Below, piece after piece: positions 58,397 to 64,000 of a stretch of DNA of 64,000 nucleotides. The notes beneath the pieces are model-generated. The model was given only the letters and a program-made list of their open reading frames with translations. It had not been told where the DNA came from and searched no databases. This stretch comes from the human T2T-CHM13v2.0 reference genome, Homo sapiens. The stretch lies in assembly GCF_009914755.1 (NCBI RefSeq), contig NC_060940.1. One strand, given 5' to 3'. Position numbers and translations under genes: made by a program. The stretch's first letter is position 1. Each line of letters begins with the position of its first letter.

Positions 58397-58725
58397 GGCC
58401 AAGCACAGTGGCTCATGCCTGTAATCCTAGCACTTTGGAGGGCCGAGGCAGGCAGATCAACTGAGGTCAGAAGTTCAAGACCAGCCTGGCCAACATGGCA
58501 AAACCCCATGTCTACTAAAAATACAAAAATTAGCCAGGCTTGGTGGTGGGCACCTGTAATCCCAGCTACTCAGGAGGCTGAGGTGTGAGAATCACTTGAA
58601 TGAGACATGAGAATCACTTGAACCCGGGAGGCGGAGGTTGCAATGAGCCAAGATCGCGTCACTGCATTCCAGCCTGGGTGACAGAGCCAGACTCCATCTC
58701 AAAAAAAAAAAAAAAAAGAAAAAGA
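58397..58725 (+). mobile_element. AluSx-like with internal duplication (tgagaatcacttgaa x2)
   Basis: TSD AAAGAGGGATGTT. Confidence 0.92.
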
Positions 58726-58801
58726 AAGAGGGATGTTTAGGACAAACCAGAAAGCCCAAGCATGTTATGAATGATTGTGTAAGTTGTAATAAGGTTAGTA
58801 A

Positions 58802-59115
<314 letters not shown>

Positions 59116-59177
59116 AAAAAGGAATTTATTTTTAAAATGTTATGATTAAGTTGGCTATAATTAAAAGGGAAATATAT

Positions 59178-59472
59178 GGCCAGGTGTAGTGGCTCATGCC
59201 TGTAATCCCAGCACTTTGGGAGGCTGAGGTGGGTGGATCACCTGAGGTCAGGAGTTCGAGACCAACCTGGCAAAACCTGGTGAAACTCCGTCTCTACTAA
59301 ATATACAAAAATTAGCTGGGCGTGGTGGCAGGCGCCTGTAATCCCAACTACTCAGGAGGCTGAGGCAGGAGAATCACTTGAACCCTGGAGGCGGAGGTTG
59401 CAGTGAGCTGAGATCATGCCATTGTGCTCCAGCCTGAGTGACAGAGCAAGACTCCATCACAAAAAAAAAAAA
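59178..59472 (+). mobile_element. AluSx-like
   Basis: TSD GGGAAATAT. Confidence 0.92.
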
Positions 59473-61476
59473 TTGGGAAATATGTCTTTCTAGAAATTGG
59501 ACTTTGATATCAAAAATACACCAATACAAAACTAAAGGATTGGTTAGAATAAGATTTTATTTAAAATATTGACTTATTCTTAATGCAAGAAGTTTTAAAT
59601 TTTTAAATTCCATAACCTTTTTCTTTTTGAAAATTCTTCAGATTGATATCTCATAAGTTCAATTTCTGCCGTACTCCACTGCCTCAGCTCTTTCTCTCTT
59701 TTGAGAAGGCCTGGGATGGGAACTCTCTCTTTCAACTTTTGTTGGCTCCTATAATTTTTTTTTTTAAATAGTCTAATGTAAGGGAGATAATTTTGGAAAC
59801 AGGCAAATGAAAAATCTTATGGGATCTGCCTTTGTATGTCTGCTATGTCTATATGCTTGTATGTGTCATGTGGAAGTAAGATTTCACTACCAAACTATAA
59901 AAAGAGCTCTAATCAGTTGGCTTAAAATAAGTGTTTATCAGACTAATAACAGCTAGCTCAGATGCCTTTTAGTTCACATGACTTTAGTAATATTTGGTAA
60001 GATTAATTTGGTAAATATAATTGCAAACATTTTCTTCAGTAGTTTAAAATCTTAAAGTCACGTTATGTTAAATTAAGTAATCCTCTGTTTTTCTCACCGG
60101 TAATTTGGGTTACTAAGAGTTAAAATCATAGAAAAATAAAATGTGTTTTGGGTAAAGTTTATAAAAACACAGGATGTGGTTTTTGTTAAAGAAAATGTAA
60201 TTTTTTATTTTAGTTTAGAGGATATTTATTTAAGTAAAGGGAAAATTATATACATAAAACTAAATGAATAAAGAGAAATTTTTAAAGGTGAGATATGAGA
60301 AACCTTTGACTCTTGGGTGGCCACATGGTCAACCCATCTTTAGGGGCTGCAGCTGGGCTGCATTCATTTACTAAAGGTAAAGGTTACTGTGGAATTTAGA
60401 GATGGATCATACTCCTACTCCCAGGAAGTTAGTTCACTGGATGCATAAGGAAATGCAGACTAATAAGGAAAAAACAAAATATTCAACTGGCTATTGTTAT
60501 CTGTAATAGCCAAAATGAAAGTCAAAGAGAGCTGAATTGGGCCTTAAGGCTGGACCAAGCTCAGATGTGGGTCTCTCTCAGGTCAGGCCACTAGCCCCTT
60601 AGCTACCCACAAAAGTTAAGATTAAGCCAGGGCAACAAGAGTTACCTCTGAGACCTGTAGTTATTATACCAAGATGATAGTCAGTGTGGGGGAAGGGCAA
60701 AACCAAGTAACTATTAAAATCAGAGGATATAATGTAAAATAATTGTTCCACTTTGTAGATTGGTATTATCAGTTTCCTGAGAAACCTTTACTGTAATGGG
60801 TTATAAAAATAACTACTTTAAGGACCATATCTATAATTTCAAATGCTACAGAATGAAAGAGCATGTTTGGGTTGATGCAGGACCCACAGCTCACTATTGA
60901 ACAACCTCTGATGAGTATATGTGATTCAGACACATAGGAGGTTATTCCTGAGAGAACAACCAGCCCAGTAGACTGGATAAATGCCACTGTAAGGTCTGTT
61001 TACCCTGAGAAGTGGACTTCCTAACTTTCCCTATAAAATGCCATGTGGAGCACCCCAGATGAAGCAGCTGGTATGCTTCATATGCAAACCATGTGGGCCT
61101 GGCTTTATGGTGATCAGGATATTCTCCCAGTGAATATGCCTTTCCCAGGTCATGGTAAATGCCATGGTTAGGGGGCCCCTTCTACATGGGAACCCCAGGT
61201 GACATTACTCCTGCACAACCAAACGACTGATTGAGAAGCCTTACCAAATTTGCTGTCCCTCATGGGTCTTATAGATGCTAATAAAACATTAATTAACAAA
61301 AAAAATGGGAAAGGCAAAAGAAACTCAAAAGACTAGTTCTAGAAGGGTGAAAATCTTTAGATGGCCATTAAGAAATGAAATAAATAAAATGAAAATTGAT
61401 GGAGGTTAAAACAAAGGTCTTTATAACACTTACCAAAGCTTGGGTGGACCAAAGGGAGCCACTACTGGTCTCCCAA

Positions 61477-62029
61477 TGTTACTGGAAAGGGGTCCGGATC
61501 CAGACCCCAAGAGGGCATTCTTGGATCCCATGCAAGAAAGAATTCAAGGTGAGTCCATAGTGTAAAGTGAAAGCAAGTTTATTGAGAAAGTAAAGGAATA
61601 AAGAATGGCTATGCCATAGTCAGAGCAGACCCGAGGGCTGTTGGTTGCCCATTTTTATGGTTATTTCTTGATGATATGCTATACAAGGGGTGGATTATTC
61701 ATGCTTCCCCTTTTTAGACCACATAGGGTAACTTCCTGATGTTGCCATGGCATCTGTAAGCTGTCATGGCGCTGGTGGGAGTGTAGCAGTGAAGATGACC
61801 AGAGGTCACTCTCGTCACCATCTTGGTTTTGGTGGGTTTTAGCCGGCTTCTTTAAAGCAACCTGTTTTATCAGCAGGGTCTTTATGACCTGTATCTTGTG
61901 CTGACCTCCTGTCTCATCCTGTGACTAAGAATGCCTTAATCTCCTACGAATGCAGCCCAGCAGGTCTCAGCCTCATTTTACCCAGCCCCTATTAAAGATG
62001 GAGTAGCTCTGGTTCAAACGCCTGTGACA
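61477..62029 (-). mobile_element. MER41A solo LTR
   Basis: TGTCACAGGCGTTTGAACCAGAG...CCAGTAACA on the - strand, 4-bp TSD CCAA; lacks the GAS-containing segment of MER41B. Confidence 0.88.
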
Positions 62030-62452
62030 CCAACATTCAAGGGCCCCACACTAGTTTTCTGCATGTTCCCCAGATTGGGGAGATTTGAGAAAAATCAAGA
62101 GGCAAAGGTTATAATGAGAAAGCTGACATTGCCTGGAGCAATACTGACACAAATTAAGATAAAAAATTGACAAAAGAGTCTGAGTCCGTTGGCTCAACTC
62201 CCTGCTGGGAACCCAAGTCCTTTTTCACCAGAAAAGGTAAAATAATTTGGGGGTGGAGAAGAAAAGTCCCTGGTACCAGAACATAAGAATGTGAAGATTT
62301 ACAGGATTATGAAATTTGAGATGTTTAAACAGGCTTTATGTAATATAGTTGCAACTCCCTTATCTAAATGTCTTATGAAAATGGGTATCGTATCTGACTG
62401 GGGGATGTTTCTCCTACCTAGTACTATAAAACTGAAGGCATGTAAATCTACC

Positions 62453-62817
62453 TGTATTAGTCTGTTTTTACACTACTAATAATGACATACATAAGACTGG
62501 GTAATTTATAAAGGAAAGAGGTTTAATGGACTCACAGTTCCACATGGCTCAGGAGGACTCACAATCATGGCGGAAGGTGAAGGAGGAGCAAAATCATGTC
62601 TTACATGGCAGCAGGCAAAGAGAGCGTGTGCAAGGGAACTCCACTTTATAAAACCATCAGATCTCATGAGACTTATTCACTATCAGGAGAACAGCACAGG
62701 AAAGACCCACCCCTGTGATTCAATTACCTCCCATGATATCCCTCCCACGACACGTAGGAATTATGGGGGCTACAATTCAAGATGAGATTTGGGTGGGGAC
62801 ACAGCCAAACCATATCA
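62453..62817 (-). mobile_element. THE1 solo LTR
   Basis: tgtattagtctg...cagccaaaccatatca; TSD CT(A/G)CC. Confidence 0.9.
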
Positions 62818-64000
62818 CTGCCCTTGGAGAAATGTTCATTGGACGTGCTAAATGGGAACTAGTAAGATTGCCTGAGCCCACAGAATATTGGGTAAAAGCT
62901 GGAGTACTGGTTGGGACAAATCCTCCACTGGTGGCTCTTTGTGGAGTGTTCACTGGGGCTTATGGCAAAAGCTGTGAGCACCTCCCAATGACAACTACTG
63001 AGACTCGAGTAGAGAATTTCCACTTGAGGTACATTTACTGCCTTGATATGGGATGTTAACTGAAACTTCCCGTATGCTAATGGAAATAATGGTGCCCAAA
63101 ATAATTCCATGATAAAAAAATGGTTTATATAGCATCTTGCTACCTGGGGATGCAAAGTGGAGGTATTCATGAGCAGGGAGCCTCTTTTTCCCCTAGGACT
63201 GATCTAACCATGTAAGCAGCTGGTAGATTTTACAGTGCCTGATAAACAGCTCTCATCTGACAAGAGCTGCTTGACTTGTGAATGGCAGTTCCAAGGTGAA
63301 CAAACAACATCTTGTTTGGAAGCCTGCTGCTCTGGTTAAAGACGAGTCAAGGAAATCTTTTTCTTTTGAGTTATTTATAGTTTAGAGCAATTGGGTAAAG
63401 AATATTTTTGTGAGCAAATTTACCTTTCTCTCTACCTGAGTTCTCCAAAATTTGGAAACTGTTCATGAGTATTCTGATTTTATATCAATATCGTTATTTG
63501 CATAAGTTTAGTAAGAGTCTTTTTCCTTTTAAAACAAAACAATTGGAGACATTGGTTATTCTACCAGCGCTTTGCCTAGAATAACATATTTTTAGTTAAA
63601 GTTCCAGCAAAGCCAACCTTAAAAGAGCCTATATGGCCAATCAATCATTGCTGCATTTTATGTAAATAATCAGGCCAAGTATAATAAGCCTACAACTTAT
63701 TTTGCACAAAGTTGGTCTTACTATAGTTTCTCTTTAGTAGAAAAGGAGGGCTAGAGAAAGATAAATTGTTTCAAAGAAAAATTATAACACCTGATACTAG
63801 ATTCCAGCCCTGACATTTGTTTTTGAGTGAAGATTGAATCATGAATTACTTCTTGGCTACAGTAATCCTTTGGAGAGTATCAGGATATCATTTTCTAAAT
63901 GTTTTTAGTTGGCACCCTAATGAAATAGGTTCCTTTTTTTCTGATCTGACACATGGATTCTCTTTTGATTATCAAATTATTAATGTTATTTATCTCTCAT

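Noticed and set aside
60700-63360. ERV gag/pol-like coding potential
   Set aside because: Multiple stops and frameshifts, split by two LTR insertions; no intact ORF

Overview
Human (primate) genomic DNA, recognisable as the CFAP263 (CCDC113) / PRSS54 locus, which I recall lies at 16q21. The + strand carries coding exons 2-9 of CFAP263, a coiled-coil ciliary/flagellar protein (2325-29067; exon 1 lies upstream of the window), and a ~4 kb 3' UTR ending near AATAAA 33105. The - strand carries the complete 395-aa CDS of the inactive testis serine protease PRSS54 in five coding exons (43104->29514). Its last exon lies wholly antisense within the CFAP263 3' UTR. The rest is dense interspersed repeat: about 35 Alus, L1, L2/MIR/L3, MaLR and MLT2 LTRs, DNA transposons, and a MER4-group ERV with nested MER41A and THE1 LTRs at the right end. 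Best leads: (1) a possible heavily decayed PRSS54-like paralog antisense within CFAP263 introns 6-7 (weak, needs alignment statistics); (2) the convergent 3' overlap of two sperm genes, with alternative poly(A) signals; (3) a GC donor in PRSS54; (4) a consensus cryptic donor 9 nt inside CFAP263 exon 6; (5) an L1-retrocopied MaLR-LTR transcript end; (6) a template-switch scar in an L1. No CRISPR, tRNA or rRNA was seen. Repeat subfamily names come from recalled consensus sequences and their boundaries are approximate.
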